From contig CAVJMJ010000010.1 in NCBI GenBank assembly GCA_963650915.1, positions 1,836 through 65,835 on the forward strand: a stretch of DNA of 64,000 nt, read 5' to 3'. A model generated the notes under the pieces. That model searched no databases, was not told the DNA's origin, and saw only the letters and a program-made list of their open reading frames with translations. The position numbers and the translations under genes were made by a program. Position 1 is the stretch's first letter; the number at the start of each line of letters is the position of its first letter. Positions 29,106 through 39,213 of the stretch are shown here, one piece after another. The DNA is from Parasutterella excrementihominis (GTDB taxonomy: Bacteria > Bacillota > Clostridia > Christensenellales > Borkfalkiaceae).

Positions 29106-29456
29106 ATGGGTTTATTCGATTTCTTTGTAAAGGAAACCCCGATAGAGGAAAAAAAGTCGACCAAAAAAACCAACCGACAAATGAACTTCGGCGGTAAAAC
29201 GGGAACCGAAAACAGACGGTCGGACGAGAACGTTTCGGTAAGAGTCTTTAAACCGACTTCTTTTGACGACGTATGTGAAATTATTGACTTTTTATTGCTA
29301 AACAAACCCGCCGTCGTAAATATGGAAGCGGTAAAAGACGATACCACCCAACGCGTTATGGATATTTTAAGCGGGGCGTGTTACGCTTTGCACGGCGATA
29401 TTTCGGAAATATCCCAAAATATCTACTTAATCTCGCCGGACGGACAAGCAATTTAG
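29106..29456 (+). CDS. sepF: cell division protein SepF
   Basis: MGLFDFF start with AGGAGG upstream. The C-terminal domain (VFKPTSFDDVCEIIDFLLLNKPAVVNM...) is typical of SepF. Confidence 0.85.
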   Translation: MGLFDFFVKETPIEEKKSTKKTNRQMNFGGKTGTENRRSDENVSVRVFKPTSFDDVCEIIDFLLLNKPAVVNMEAVKDDTTQRVMDILSGACYALHGDISEISQNIYLISPDGQAI

Positions 29457-29738
29457 CCAATAATTTTTAGCGTAATTTTTAAACGAATTTTAAAAACCGA
29501 TTTTGCCGTTAGCCGGTAGCAGTTTGCAGTTTGCCGTTAGGTCGACAATAATTTACCGTGCACGACCGATAACGTCAAAATAAATTTATAACGTCAAAAT
29601 AAATTTATAACGTCAAAATAAATCTACAAGTTAAATTATACTCTATTACGTTAAATTCTATAATTTAAAATGCACAACATATAACTTAAAACATCGACTA
29701 TAATCTTAAAATGCACTTCGACGCGAAGTGCATTTTTT

Positions 29739-30218
29739 TTATTCGTCTATAAGACCTAAGACTATCAACCTCGAATTGATTCCGCCGATGGTTCTGTTGT
29801 GAGCCTGAGCCATTTTTGCAAGACTTTTACCGCTTAAAAACTCTTTTTCGAGTTTGTCTTCTTCCTCTTTCGTCCAACGCTTTTTGGAAGCGTTTTCATC
29901 CTGCAATAAACCGAATGATACCAACCTCGAAATTATTCCGCTGTTCTTTCTGTGATGAATTTTTGCAAGCCTTTCGACGGAATATCCCTTTTCGAATTCG
30001 GCTTTGAGTTTTTCTTCCTCTTCCTCAGTCCACTTGCGATTGTCGTTCATAAGCCTTTCCGATTCGGTTTTGTTCTCAAAATAGCGTGCGTATCTTCTCA
30101 AATAATAAACGGCGGTGACGGCGTACCCCCTTGCTTCTTCGGATGCCGTTTCGTCATCGATAAGATTAACGTAGTAATCTATCGCCGCATTAAGTTTGGT
30201 AGTTTTTTCTTTTGCCAT
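29739..30218 (-). CDS. hypothetical protein with two SANT/Myb-like repeats
   Basis: The start is MAKEK (ATG 30216-30218). There are two ~50-aa repeats with the pattern W-T-x-E-E-E-x-K-L...E-F...G-x-S...A...H-x-R...G-I-x-S-R-L...G-L. Confidence 0.5.
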   Translation of the reverse strand: MAKEKTTKLNAAIDYYVNLIDDETASEEARGYAVTAVYYLRRYARYFENKTESERLMNDNRKWTEEEEEKLKAEFEKGYSVERLAKIHHRKNSGIISRLVSFGLLQDENASKKRWTKEEEDKLEKEFLSGKSLAKMAQAHNRTIGGINSRLIVLGLIDE

Positions 30219-30370
30219 AAAATTTGACCGCCTTATCAGTATTTGTTTTATTATAATATATTTATCGATAAAAGTCAACGCCTTTTAAAACTATAAAAAT
30301 GCCGACGTTTTTTTGAAAAACAAGCCGTAAATTTTGTCGAAATATCGAAATAAGTGCCTCTATAGGTCGA

Positions 30371-32065
30371 TTATTCGTCGTTTTTATCATTACAAGATAT
30401 TGCAGTGACTTCGCTTTCCGTTTTATTTGAAAGTAAATTTTCTATAGTTTCGGTACTTTTGAAAACGTTGGTTAAATTTATAACCTTAATCGTGTTTACG
30501 AGTTTACGGTAATTGTCTTTTCCGACTAACCTGAAAATCAAAAACACTAACGCAAACAATACGACGGCTACGCCTATACCTATAAGCGAACCGCAAAAGT
30601 CGATGGCGACGTCCGTTATAAGGCACATTCTTCCGGGAGTAAAATATTGCAAAAATTCGGTAAAAAGTGCAAGCGAAAGGGTGCATATCGGCGATAAAAA
30701 GGTAAAATATTTACGCTTGCACATAAATAGCAAGGTAGCAAAAATGCCCAGTCCCCACAATGCGTTAAGACCGAAATGCCCCATAAGTTTTCTTACGAAA
30801 TAGTATGCGCTCGAAAACATTTTTACCTCGACGGTTTTTTCGACGACTAAGTTTTCGTCAATAGTGCTTTGACCTCTTAATACGACTTTTCCGTACCATT
30901 TAGCGACGAGTACTCCGTCTTCCGATATAGTGGCGTTGCCTTGTACAACCGACCACTTAACGCAGTCGGAATATTTTTTCGGCGAATGGTAAAATGTAAA
31001 TTTTGTCGATTGGTTGGGCATTATTACGGTATTTCCGACTATTTTTGCCGACGTAGGCGTAACGTGTTTTACCATAACCGTTTTTTCGACGAAAACCGAC
31101 GGGTTATATATCGACGTGAACTTGATTTTTACGGTGCCGGGATTGTTAAAATACATTGCGTTGCCCGAAAAAAAGATAATCGTACTGTCAAAACTTTGAC
31201 CGATACAATCGTAGTCGGATTTTTCAAAACCATCTTTTATAACGAATAAGTCACGCATGTCCGTAAGTTTTTCGCCGTTGATAAACTCCGTATCTTTGAT
31301 TTCGAGGGAGTTTATAGGTGTTTTTCCGCTCGGCTTTACCGTAACGGAAAAAGTACCGAAAACTTGACTTTCGCCGTTAGTTTTATTTACGAAAACTTTG
31401 GTCGTCCCCTCTTTTACGCCGTACGCTCGACCTTCGTATACGGTAAGAACTTCGGGGTTTTCGACTTCGTAATCGATGACGTTTGAGGCGGTTTTATCTT
31501 CGTTTACGATTATCTTTGCCGATTCGCCGACGTTTACTATATTTTCTTTACTGCAATCGACGTTAAAACCGAATTTTAATCTTTCGGGGTGGGCGGAATC
31601 GAAAACGTCTTCACCCGCACAAAAAATCGATACTTCGTCGTATACGGCGTTATCCGAACTAAGGTATACTTTTAACTTTACGTTGCCCTTTTTTTTGAAA
31701 ACTATACCGTTTCCGTCTATCGTGGCGATACTTTCGTCGTCTAAGGCGAGGGCAACCGAGGTATCGTCGGTACCCGACGGCAAAAACTCGACCTCGGGCG
31801 TAAACTTTTCGCCGACGTAATAACAAAAGGCTATTTTGTCACGATTAACGTTAACGGCTTCCGTCTTATTCAAATTATCGTATTTTGAAGATATTTGAAT
31901 GGTTTCGTCAAATTTTTCGACGACGCCTTGGGTGTGAGTTCCGCTCGTGCTTGCCGGTATAAGCGAGGAACAAATCAAACCTAAACCGAGTATAATCGTA
32001 CAAACGGTTGCCGTTATCGAAAGTATCTTTATAAAGCGTATGTAGTTTTTATATCCGCTTTTCAT
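30371..32065 (-). CDS. membrane protein with an extracellular Ig-like (Big_2-type) region and a C-terminal VanZ-like domain
   Basis: The start is MKSGYKNY (ATG 32063-32065). An N-terminal TM segment is followed by beta-rich repeats. The C-terminal FTEFLQYFTPGR...DVAIDFCGSLIG matches the VanZ signature. Confidence 0.65.
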   Translation of the reverse strand: MKSGYKNYIRFIKILSITATVCTIILGLGLICSSLIPASTSGTHTQGVVEKFDETIQISSKYDNLNKTEAVNVNRDKIAFCYYVGEKFTPEVEFLPSGTDDTSVALALDDESIATIDGNGIVFKKKGNVKLKVYLSSDNAVYDEVSIFCAGEDVFDSAHPERLKFGFNVDCSKENIVNVGESAKIIVNEDKTASNVIDYEVENPEVLTVYEGRAYGVKEGTTKVFVNKTNGESQVFGTFSVTVKPSGKTPINSLEIKDTEFINGEKLTDMRDLFVIKDGFEKSDYDCIGQSFDSTIIFFSGNAMYFNNPGTVKIKFTSIYNPSVFVEKTVMVKHVTPTSAKIVGNTVIMPNQSTKFTFYHSPKKYSDCVKWSVVQGNATISEDGVLVAKWYGKVVLRGQSTIDENLVVEKTVEVKMFSSAYYFVRKLMGHFGLNALWGLGIFATLLFMCKRKYFTFLSPICTLSLALFTEFLQYFTPGRMCLITDVAIDFCGSLIGIGVAVVLFALVFLIFRLVGKDNYRKLVNTIKVINLTNVFKSTETIENLLSNKTESEVTAISCNDKNDE

Positions 32066-32347
32066 GTTGCTTGATTGCTTTATCCTGTTTTTTCTTATTA
32101 TAGCATAACGGCTAAAAATATACAAACCCTTTGTACGGATAGTTTATTAAAAATTGAAAAGGCTTTTTGATTTTTAGGTTAAAAAAGTCGTAAATACTCA
32201 AATAATCGACCTATAGGCGGGTTTTTAGATTATTTTAATATTCAAAAAAAGACGGCACCGATAAATTTATTTGCTAAATTCATCGGCGTCGCCTTAAATT
32301 CTTTTTAAGAATAAATTCGTATGAATAAATTCGCTATATCCGTACGA

Positions 32348-35300
32348 TTATTTTTTTACCCAATTATATGCGGTGATTTCTTCTTCTATGCTTTGAATTT
32401 GATTTTCGACTGACAATTTTGACTCGCTGTCGTAAAGCATAAACCTGAACGGCTTTTTACCCGCCGTGTAATAAAGATACTGAGTGTTGCTTTCGGCAAG
32501 ATAACTTATATCGACCGAATAAGAATTTAACGGGGTAAAGTTTTCGTTTACGAAAGTAGTATCCACCATGGAATAGTTTTTACCGCCCCCGAAATAAGCG
32601 ATGGCACCGTTTACGTACTTTTTGCCGTCGTAACTCGAAACCATTTTACTACCCGTTTTTTCGGTGTAACTGTCGATAAGGCTACCTATATCGAGGTTAA
32701 AGTTCAAAATTTTGCCGACCTGACTGTCTTTGCCTTCAAGCAACGTATCGCTGTTTACAGAGGTTATATCCTTCCAATCGTAAAATCTTACGTCGCCTTT
32801 AAGACGCAAAATTGCGGGATAGGAAGTACCGCCGACACCGCTCCAATCCTGGAACTTGTAGTTTTCACTGTAATCCCAACCGTTCAAAACGAGTCCGCCG
32901 AACATCGTGTCAAGCCCTATCGAGAAAAGCCCTGCGGCATGGAAGACGCTGTTTTCTATCGTTACGTCGGTCGCTACGAATTCATTGTAAAAGGCTTGAT
33001 TATTTAAATTATCGTCCTCGACGTGATAAGTAGTGCCGTCCGATCCGACTAAATCGGGCGATGCGTTACTCCAATAGCTTTCGGCAATAGTAGCGTAATT
33101 TTGCTTGTTAAGGTAATTCCCTCCGCTGACGGGCGTCATTTTTTTGATGACGTTAGAACCTATTTTCATAATAAATTCTCGTGCGTAAGACAAAATGCAG
33201 TTGTTGACCGTGACGTGTGTTCTACCCGTCGAAGAATTCCAATTTTCGCTTTTAACGTTGGATCTACCGAAGATTCTTACTGCCGTTCTGCCGTTATTCA
33301 CCCTCGAATAGGACAAATTGACGTTATCGCCGGCGATTTCGAGCACGGTACCGCAATAATCGAGTTTGGTTATGTCTGCGTTGTCGTTGTCGTTCTTTAA
33401 AGAGGAATCCGAACAACCTTTGAGTTCTACGTTGGTAACGGTTATTCCGTCTTTTTCAATATAGAAAATAATGCTGTCTTGGGATTTTACCGCCAAGTTG
33501 CTGTCGCTTGCCGATACTTTATATCTGACGAGGTCTATAGGTCCGCGGTAAATTCTGTCGTTGAATTTTACGTAATAAAGGGTGGTAAGGCAATCCGCGT
33601 CCACGATATACCCGTTGCCGTAAAGGTCGTTTTTAAGATTTAAAGCGCAACGAATTTTACTGTTGTCTACGCTACCTATATTTTTATAATAAGTGTTGTC
33701 CGCCGTGCAGTTTATAAGGGTAGTGTATCTTTCTTGATACGCCTTGTAGTCAAAAGTATCGTAATTAGTAACCGTTTTCAATTCGTCGCCGAGGCTTATA
33801 GAATTTTGCAACACGATTTTGTAATTTTCGTTTTTAGCGACGGCATATAATTGGTCGTCGTCGTAAACGTTTACGCCGTCTTTAATAACGTTGATTACCG
33901 TAGTCGCGCAAATGCCGTCGTACTGCAAACCGATTTTAGATAACTTTTCAATCGTCTCTTTGTCGTTCTTGACGGTAAGGGTAACCTTTCCGCCCTCGCC
34001 TGTTAAACATAATTTGCCATCTTTAACGGTGGCAATAGAATTATTGCTCGTCGTCCATTCGAGGTTTTGTTGAGAAGTCGTTTTATCGCCGTTATATAAA
34101 AGCCCGTTTATTTGAATGGCGGTATCCCCTCGCTTTTCAATGGAGCCGTTTACGTAATCGTAATAACCCAAGGCAAATTCGCTGTCGAGGGCGTTTTTAT
34201 CCACCGAAAGTTTACTGCCTTCCTTGTCTATGGGAAGTTCTTTTACTGGATTCAAAACTTCGACGGTAAGAGGTTCTATACCTGACGATGCGTCGTCGGA
34301 TGACAAAACGAGTTCGTCGGTCAAAGCGTCGTATACGACGGTTTTAATGTGTGCGGTGCCTGCTTTCTTTGCTTCTATAGATAAAACGGTATCGTCCGTC
34401 GCTTCAGAATAAGCGCGTAAAACGCTTTCGTCATCGGACTTATATACGACGTAGTAAGTGCCTTTTTCAAGCCCTTTAATTTGAAGTTTTGCGTACTTAG
34501 TAGCTTGCTTTTTGAGTAATACCGCACCTGCGATATCGTCGTCGAATTTGGCTTTTATACTTCCGTCGTCTTCGGTTAAAGTAATCGTGCCGAGGGTAAC
34601 CTCGTTACCGCTTTCTTTCATGACGACGTTTATTTTTAAGCCATCTTCCGGAACGAAGACTCCGCTTTTTATCTGTGCCGTAAAATCGATTCTTCCGCTT
34701 TCGATTTTAACGTCGGAAAGGGAAATTTTATCGACTTCGTAAGATAAATAAATCTCGTTTTCTCCTGCCGTTTCCTTGGTTTTTGTAAGATCGACGGTAA
34801 CTTTATTACTTGCAAGTTTTTCGGCGTTTACGTCAAAGGAAAGTTCGGCTTTGCCGTTATATAAACTTTCTTCTTTTTCCTTTAACCCCTCGCCGAAACT
34901 CATTATATCGTCGCCTTTCATCTTAACCTTTAAGGCGTAATCGAAAGAAAATTCTTTTTCGGTTATAGTTCCGTCTTGGGATACTTCCAAGCCGTCGAAA
35001 GTGGCTTTGATTTTGCATTCGCCCTGTCTTAGCGCGGTAATTTTACCGTTAAGGGAAACTTGCGCAATTGTTTCGTCACTGCAAGAATAATCGAATTCTG
35101 CGTGGGTGGACGGCGAAAGATTTTCTATTTGGTCGGAGAAATTTATCGACTGACCTTCTTGTAAAGTCGTGCCGTCTCCTTTTAAAGATAAATCGGTTAT
35201 AATCGGCTTATCGCTCGTGAAAACGAAGGTTACGGCGTCGCTTTTGCCTCCGTCTGCGTTAGCGGTGATTTTGACGTAACCGGTGGAAAGAGGTTTTACG

Positions 35301-35593
35301 GTGCCGAGTTTTGCATCGAGTAAAACAGATGCTTCCTTTTGCCCGTCAACGCCGTCTTTCGAAAAAGTAACGCTTTTGTTTTTTGCGTTATCGGGGTAAA
35401 CGGTTGCGTTCAGTTTAATTTCGCCCGCCGACGAAATATCGACGAAGCGGATTTTTTCGCCTTCGATTTCCACCGAAGACACGGGAATATTCACGATGGT
35501 TTCTGCCGTTTTTACCACCGTAGACGTAGTAAATATCAATAATAGCGGAATAACGAGTATAAGCGCTATGACTTTTGTTTTCATATCTTTCAT
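32348..35593 (-). CDS. 1081-aa secreted or anchored protein with N-terminal Ig-like domains and a C-terminal right-handed beta-helix-like region
   Basis: It has an N-terminal signal/anchor (VIALILVIPLLLIF) and Big_2-like repeats (VTFSKDGVDG...GYVKITANADGG). Its start overlaps the permease stop (ATGA). The beta-helix call is by pattern only. Confidence 0.55.
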   Translation of the reverse strand: MKDMKTKVIALILVIPLLLIFTTSTVVKTAETIVNIPVSSVEIEGEKIRFVDISSAGEIKLNATVYPDNAKNKSVTFSKDGVDGQKEASVLLDAKLGTVKPLSTGYVKITANADGGKSDAVTFVFTSDKPIITDLSLKGDGTTLQEGQSINFSDQIENLSPSTHAEFDYSCSDETIAQVSLNGKITALRQGECKIKATFDGLEVSQDGTITEKEFSFDYALKVKMKGDDIMSFGEGLKEKEESLYNGKAELSFDVNAEKLASNKVTVDLTKTKETAGENEIYLSYEVDKISLSDVKIESGRIDFTAQIKSGVFVPEDGLKINVVMKESGNEVTLGTITLTEDDGSIKAKFDDDIAGAVLLKKQATKYAKLQIKGLEKGTYYVVYKSDDESVLRAYSEATDDTVLSIEAKKAGTAHIKTVVYDALTDELVLSSDDASSGIEPLTVEVLNPVKELPIDKEGSKLSVDKNALDSEFALGYYDYVNGSIEKRGDTAIQINGLLYNGDKTTSQQNLEWTTSNNSIATVKDGKLCLTGEGGKVTLTVKNDKETIEKLSKIGLQYDGICATTVINVIKDGVNVYDDDQLYAVAKNENYKIVLQNSISLGDELKTVTNYDTFDYKAYQERYTTLINCTADNTYYKNIGSVDNSKIRCALNLKNDLYGNGYIVDADCLTTLYYVKFNDRIYRGPIDLVRYKVSASDSNLAVKSQDSIIFYIEKDGITVTNVELKGCSDSSLKNDNDNADITKLDYCGTVLEIAGDNVNLSYSRVNNGRTAVRIFGRSNVKSENWNSSTGRTHVTVNNCILSYAREFIMKIGSNVIKKMTPVSGGNYLNKQNYATIAESYWSNASPDLVGSDGTTYHVEDDNLNNQAFYNEFVATDVTIENSVFHAAGLFSIGLDTMFGGLVLNGWDYSENYKFQDWSGVGGTSYPAILRLKGDVRFYDWKDITSVNSDTLLEGKDSQVGKILNFNLDIGSLIDSYTEKTGSKMVSSYDGKKYVNGAIAYFGGGKNYSMVDTTFVNENFTPLNSYSVDISYLAESNTQYLYYTAGKKPFRFMLYDSESKLSVENQIQSIEEEITAYNWVKK

Positions 35594-37254
35594 AACTTAC
35601 AACCCGAGGAATAATAGGCTTCCTTCAATCCTTTTTTAAGATAGCAATAGGATGCGAAAAACAGTACGAGCGAAACGAGTAAGCAAAAGGACGACGAAAG
35701 AAGCGTCGAAACCGTTTTGGATAGGTAAAGTCCGCTTACCGCCGATATCAAAAGTGCGCCGACGCCCATAATAAGTGCGGCTATAATACCGATAACGGCT
35801 AATTCGCTGACGTTTTTGCCCTGAACGACGTTTTCCGTCGAAGATAAATCGTCGGGGGATTTCAAGTCTTTTTTGGTTGCGAAAGCAACTTCCGCAAAGG
35901 ACAACAGTCCTGCGGATAAAAAGACGAATAAGCCCTCCAAAAGGGTGATATCTCCCGTGCAAAGTAGAACGATTACGCTTGCCAAAACGGATATAAGCGA
36001 AACCGCCATACAGAAAATTATTTTTGCGTAAATTATGGTTTCGGCTTTTACGGGCAAAGTTTTAAAGATACCCGTCATATTGCCGTCACGCGAAATATTG
36101 GTGGTACAAAAAGTGTTCGTAAGCACCATAAAGGTTGCTATTACGAAAACGGAAAGACCGAAATTGCAATCGATGACGGTTAGTTTTTCGGTCATTTTTT
36201 TCATTAAGTCGACGCAAACGTAGACCATTAACGGTAGCGTAAAGGTAGTTGCGAAATATGAAAATGCATAAGAAGGCGTGCGCAAAATTACCAAAAATTC
36301 CTTTAAAATAAGGGAATTTATAGGCGAATGCATTTTTGCCGTTTTGCGTTTTTTGCCGAAAGCCTTCATATCGCCTTCCATTTTGCGTTGCAAAACACCG
36401 TTAAAGACGGCGCGGATGACGAAAAACGTAATGGCACCCGACACTAAGCAGGTACCCGTTAAGCCTAAAAGCGACAAAAGAACGTTTTTGCCGAAGCAAA
36501 CCGAGGACAAAAAATTTATTGGGTATGATTTTTCGGCAAAAGCCGTAATCATATTGACGTTTTTGCGCTCGAACACGTAATTTATATCGCCGGTGTTCAA
36601 TAAATCGCTTAAAACCCTCAAAAACAAGCCGTAAATCCAAAAGCCGACGGCTATTACGACGACGTATAATAATAGGTGAAGGATGAATTTTCTTTCAACG
36701 AAGCGCATCACCTTTAAAAAGGGTACGGAAATAAGCGAGGCTATCGCGCACGACAAAAGGGGCGCGGTAAAGAGATTGATTATGCCGAAAAGCCAATAAT
36801 TAAAACCGCCTGCAAACTCCGAATAAACGTCGATTATAATTTGTGCGGGAAGCAAAATAAGAATACACGAAACCACTTGCGAGCCGTAAATTTTTATAAG
36901 TTTATAGGCAAAAATTTCGCCCGAGGAAATTGGCTGACACATTAAGACTTCTACGTCCTTTGTGTCCACGGTGGTCGAGTAGATTTTTCTTGCGCCCAAG
37001 ATAACGTTAAGCAAAATTACGGCGGCGTAAACGACGGTTAAAAGTTCGTAAGCGCGTTTAGACCCCTCAATTTCACTTTCGCCGAAAACGGCATTAAGAT
37101 AGCCCTTGGTAAAGCGACAAAAAACGAAGGCAAAAGCCCCGTAAACTATGGCTATAAGCAAGACACCGCAAATAGCCGAAAAGACTTTACCGCTATCCTT
37201 ACCAATGCCCCTAATGCGGAAGTCTTTTTTAAGTAACAACAGAACGTTTTTCAT
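35590..37254 (-). CDS. ABC transporter permease (multi-TM, ABC-2-like exporter component)
   Basis: 554-aa ORF with about 12 hydrophobic segments. It lies immediately downstream of the ATPase gene. Confidence 0.6.
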   Translation of the reverse strand: MKNVLLLLKKDFRIRGIGKDSGKVFSAICGVLLIAIVYGAFAFVFCRFTKGYLNAVFGESEIEGSKRAYELLTVVYAAVILLNVILGARKIYSTTVDTKDVEVLMCQPISSGEIFAYKLIKIYGSQVVSCILILLPAQIIIDVYSEFAGGFNYWLFGIINLFTAPLLSCAIASLISVPFLKVMRFVERKFILHLLLYVVVIAVGFWIYGLFLRVLSDLLNTGDINYVFERKNVNMITAFAEKSYPINFLSSVCFGKNVLLSLLGLTGTCLVSGAITFFVIRAVFNGVLQRKMEGDMKAFGKKRKTAKMHSPINSLILKEFLVILRTPSYAFSYFATTFTLPLMVYVCVDLMKKMTEKLTVIDCNFGLSVFVIATFMVLTNTFCTTNISRDGNMTGIFKTLPVKAETIIYAKIIFCMAVSLISVLASVIVLLCTGDITLLEGLFVFLSAGLLSFAEVAFATKKDLKSPDDLSSTENVVQGKNVSELAVIGIIAALIMGVGALLISAVSGLYLSKTVSTLLSSSFCLLVSLVLFFASYCYLKKGLKEAYYSSGCKL

Positions 37255-37266
37255 TTCAGACCTCGT

Positions 37267-38019
37267 TTAGTCCTCGATGAATCTGTCGATAAAGACTTCT
37301 TCAAGACTCTTTTGGGGATTATTTTTCTTAAACTCGGCGATGTCGATGTTTTCGATGATGGTACCGTTATTGATGATGTAAGCGCGGTCGCAGGTTTTTT
37401 CGACGGCGTCGAGGTTATGCGAAGAGTACAAAACGGTATTGCCGAGTGACTTGTAATATTTCATGTAATCGCGCAACGCCTTACTCGTTTGCGGGTCGAG
37501 CCCGGTTAAAGGCTCGTCCAAAATCCAAAGTTTGGGGCGGTGAATAAGCGATGCCATAATGCAGATTTTTTGACGCATGCCGTGGGAATAAGAAGCGATC
37601 ATATCGTCGATTTTTTCGCCGAGTTTGAAAATCTTCTGCATTTCGTCGATGCGTTGTTGTCTTAAATCAATAGGTGTTTGGTGCAAATCGGCTATAAAAT
37701 TTATATATTCGTAACCCGTCATTTTATCGAACATAGCGCGATTGTCTGGCACGTAACCGATATTTTTTTTAGCAGAAACGGGGTCTTTCAAAATATCGTA
37801 ACCGCAAACGGTGATAGTCCCCTCGTCGTACGGAAAAAAGCCCGTAAGGCATTTGATTGTAGTTGATTTACCTGCACCGTTTTTCCCCAATAGCCCTACG
37901 GTTTCGCCCGCAAAGCATTCGATATCGATGTTTTTAATAGCGTAATCGGCGGCTTTTTTATAGCGTTTGCAAAGCCCCTTGATTTCCACTATTTTTTCCT
38001 TGTCGTTTAAATTTTCCAT
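37267..38019 (-). CDS. ABC transporter ATP-binding protein
   Basis: Walker A (GKNGAGKST), an LSGG-like signature (YSHGMRQK) and Walker B (LWILDEP). Confidence 0.88.
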   Translation of the reverse strand: MENLNDKEKIVEIKGLCKRYKKAADYAIKNIDIECFAGETVGLLGKNGAGKSTTIKCLTGFFPYDEGTITVCGYDILKDPVSAKKNIGYVPDNRAMFDKMTGYEYINFIADLHQTPIDLRQQRIDEMQKIFKLGEKIDDMIASYSHGMRQKICIMASLIHRPKLWILDEPLTGLDPQTSKALRDYMKYYKSLGNTVLYSSHNLDAVEKTCDRAYIINNGTIIENIDIAEFKKNNPQKSLEEVFIDRFIED

Positions 38020-38173
38020 TCTGAATTCCTTTTCATGTACGCCCGATTTAATAAATTGAACCCCGCTTAGACAAATTACGTAACGATTTATGATAAAGTA
38101 CGTAAGAATTTAAGCGGTTTTAAATCAATAAATTAATAGCGATTAAATTTTGCGCGCCACAAATATAGAAAAA

Positions 38174-38500
38174 GCGCGACTTTTTTGCACCCGTTTTGGT
38201 AAACGAGCGACTTTTTTTATGCGCCCGTTTTGGTTATTTGGGCGTAAAATTTTTTTGCGCCCGAATTATTAGACAAGCGTAAAATTTTTTTATGCTCGAA
38301 TTATTAGACGAGCGTAAAATTTTTTTGCGCTCGAATTATTAGACGAGCGTAAAATTTTTTTGCGCTCGAATTATTAGACGAGCGTAAAATTTTTTTGCGC
38401 TCGAATTATTAGACGAGCGTAAAATTTTTTTGCGCTCGAATTATTAGACGAGCGTAAAATTTTTTTGCGCTCGAATTATTAGACGAGCGGTTTTTTTATG
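38174..38500. repeat. tandem 35-bp hairpin repeat array (7 regular units from 38257, with degenerate units before them)
   Basis: The unit GCGCTCGAATTATTAGACGAGCGTAAAATTTTTTT starts at 38257, 38292, 38327, 38362, 38397, 38432 and 38467. Each has a CGCTCG/CGAGCG stem. Confidence 0.85.
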
Positions 38501-38553
38501 CGCCGTTTTGCCGAAAAACGGCTAAAAAAAGCGCGGTTTAAAATAAGACATTC

Positions 38554-38576
38554 GGGGGCGAAATAAATTTCGTCCC
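38554..38576 (-). terminator. probable intrinsic terminator of the giant-gene/lipoprotein transcript
   Basis: On the minus strand GGGGACGAAAT-TTA-TTTCGCCCCC lies 45 nt after the lipoprotein stop. The T-tract is weak. Confidence 0.5.
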
Positions 38577-38621
38577 CTTTTCGTCTTATTTGACTATGTT
38601 TTTATTGCCTACGCTATCGGC

Positions 38622-39203
38622 TTAATAGCCGATAGTGAGGGAGATTTTGGCGTTGAAGCCGTCGATGGTGTAAGTAAGTTCAAAACCGATGGGCTTACCG
38701 TCGTTAAAGGTGGCGTAAGCCTGAGGGTTAACGACTCTTTCAGCCTCGGCTTCGGTTAGCGAGAACATATTTACAAGCCCCGTTTTGTTGGGTTTAAAGG
38801 ATGCAACGGTATTAATATCCTGCGTAAGTTCGCAGTCGCCGTCGATGTTATCCTGTTTGATTTCCTTCATTTTGGGGAAGTAAACGTCGGTATTTGACGT
38901 ATAAGTTTTGGTTTCCTTATTGGTAACGTACAAATCGCCGGTGCTGTCCTCGTTAAGTTTTTGGGCAGAGATTTCCACCGTCAAAGTGCCGTTATTCAAG
39001 GTATACGTCGTTTCGGTTTTGGAAACCGAGGTCGAGCCGTCAAAAAGTTCGACGGTATATTTTGCGTTATTATAGCCGGAAGCGTTATTTATCCAATCGT
39101 TAACGTCCTTGAGGTAAACGTTGTTGTCGTTAAAACAACCGGTCATAAAAAACGATGACAAGATTACGAGCGATAAAATCGCCGAAAGTAATGATTTTTT
39201 CAT
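38622..39203 (-). CDS. small lipoprotein, function unknown
   Basis: 193-aa ORF with a signal peptide and lipobox (SSFFMTGC). GGAGG lies upstream. It starts 10 nt downstream of the giant gene. Confidence 0.7.
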   Translation of the reverse strand: MKKSLLSAILSLVILSSFFMTGCFNDNNVYLKDVNDWINNASGYNNAKYTVELFDGSTSVSKTETTYTLNNGTLTVEISAQKLNEDSTGDLYVTNKETKTYTSNTDVYFPKMKEIKQDNIDGDCELTQDINTVASFKPNKTGLVNMFSLTEAEAERVVNPQAYATFNDGKPIGFELTYTIDGFNAKISLTIGY

Positions 39204-39213
39204 AATTTACCTC

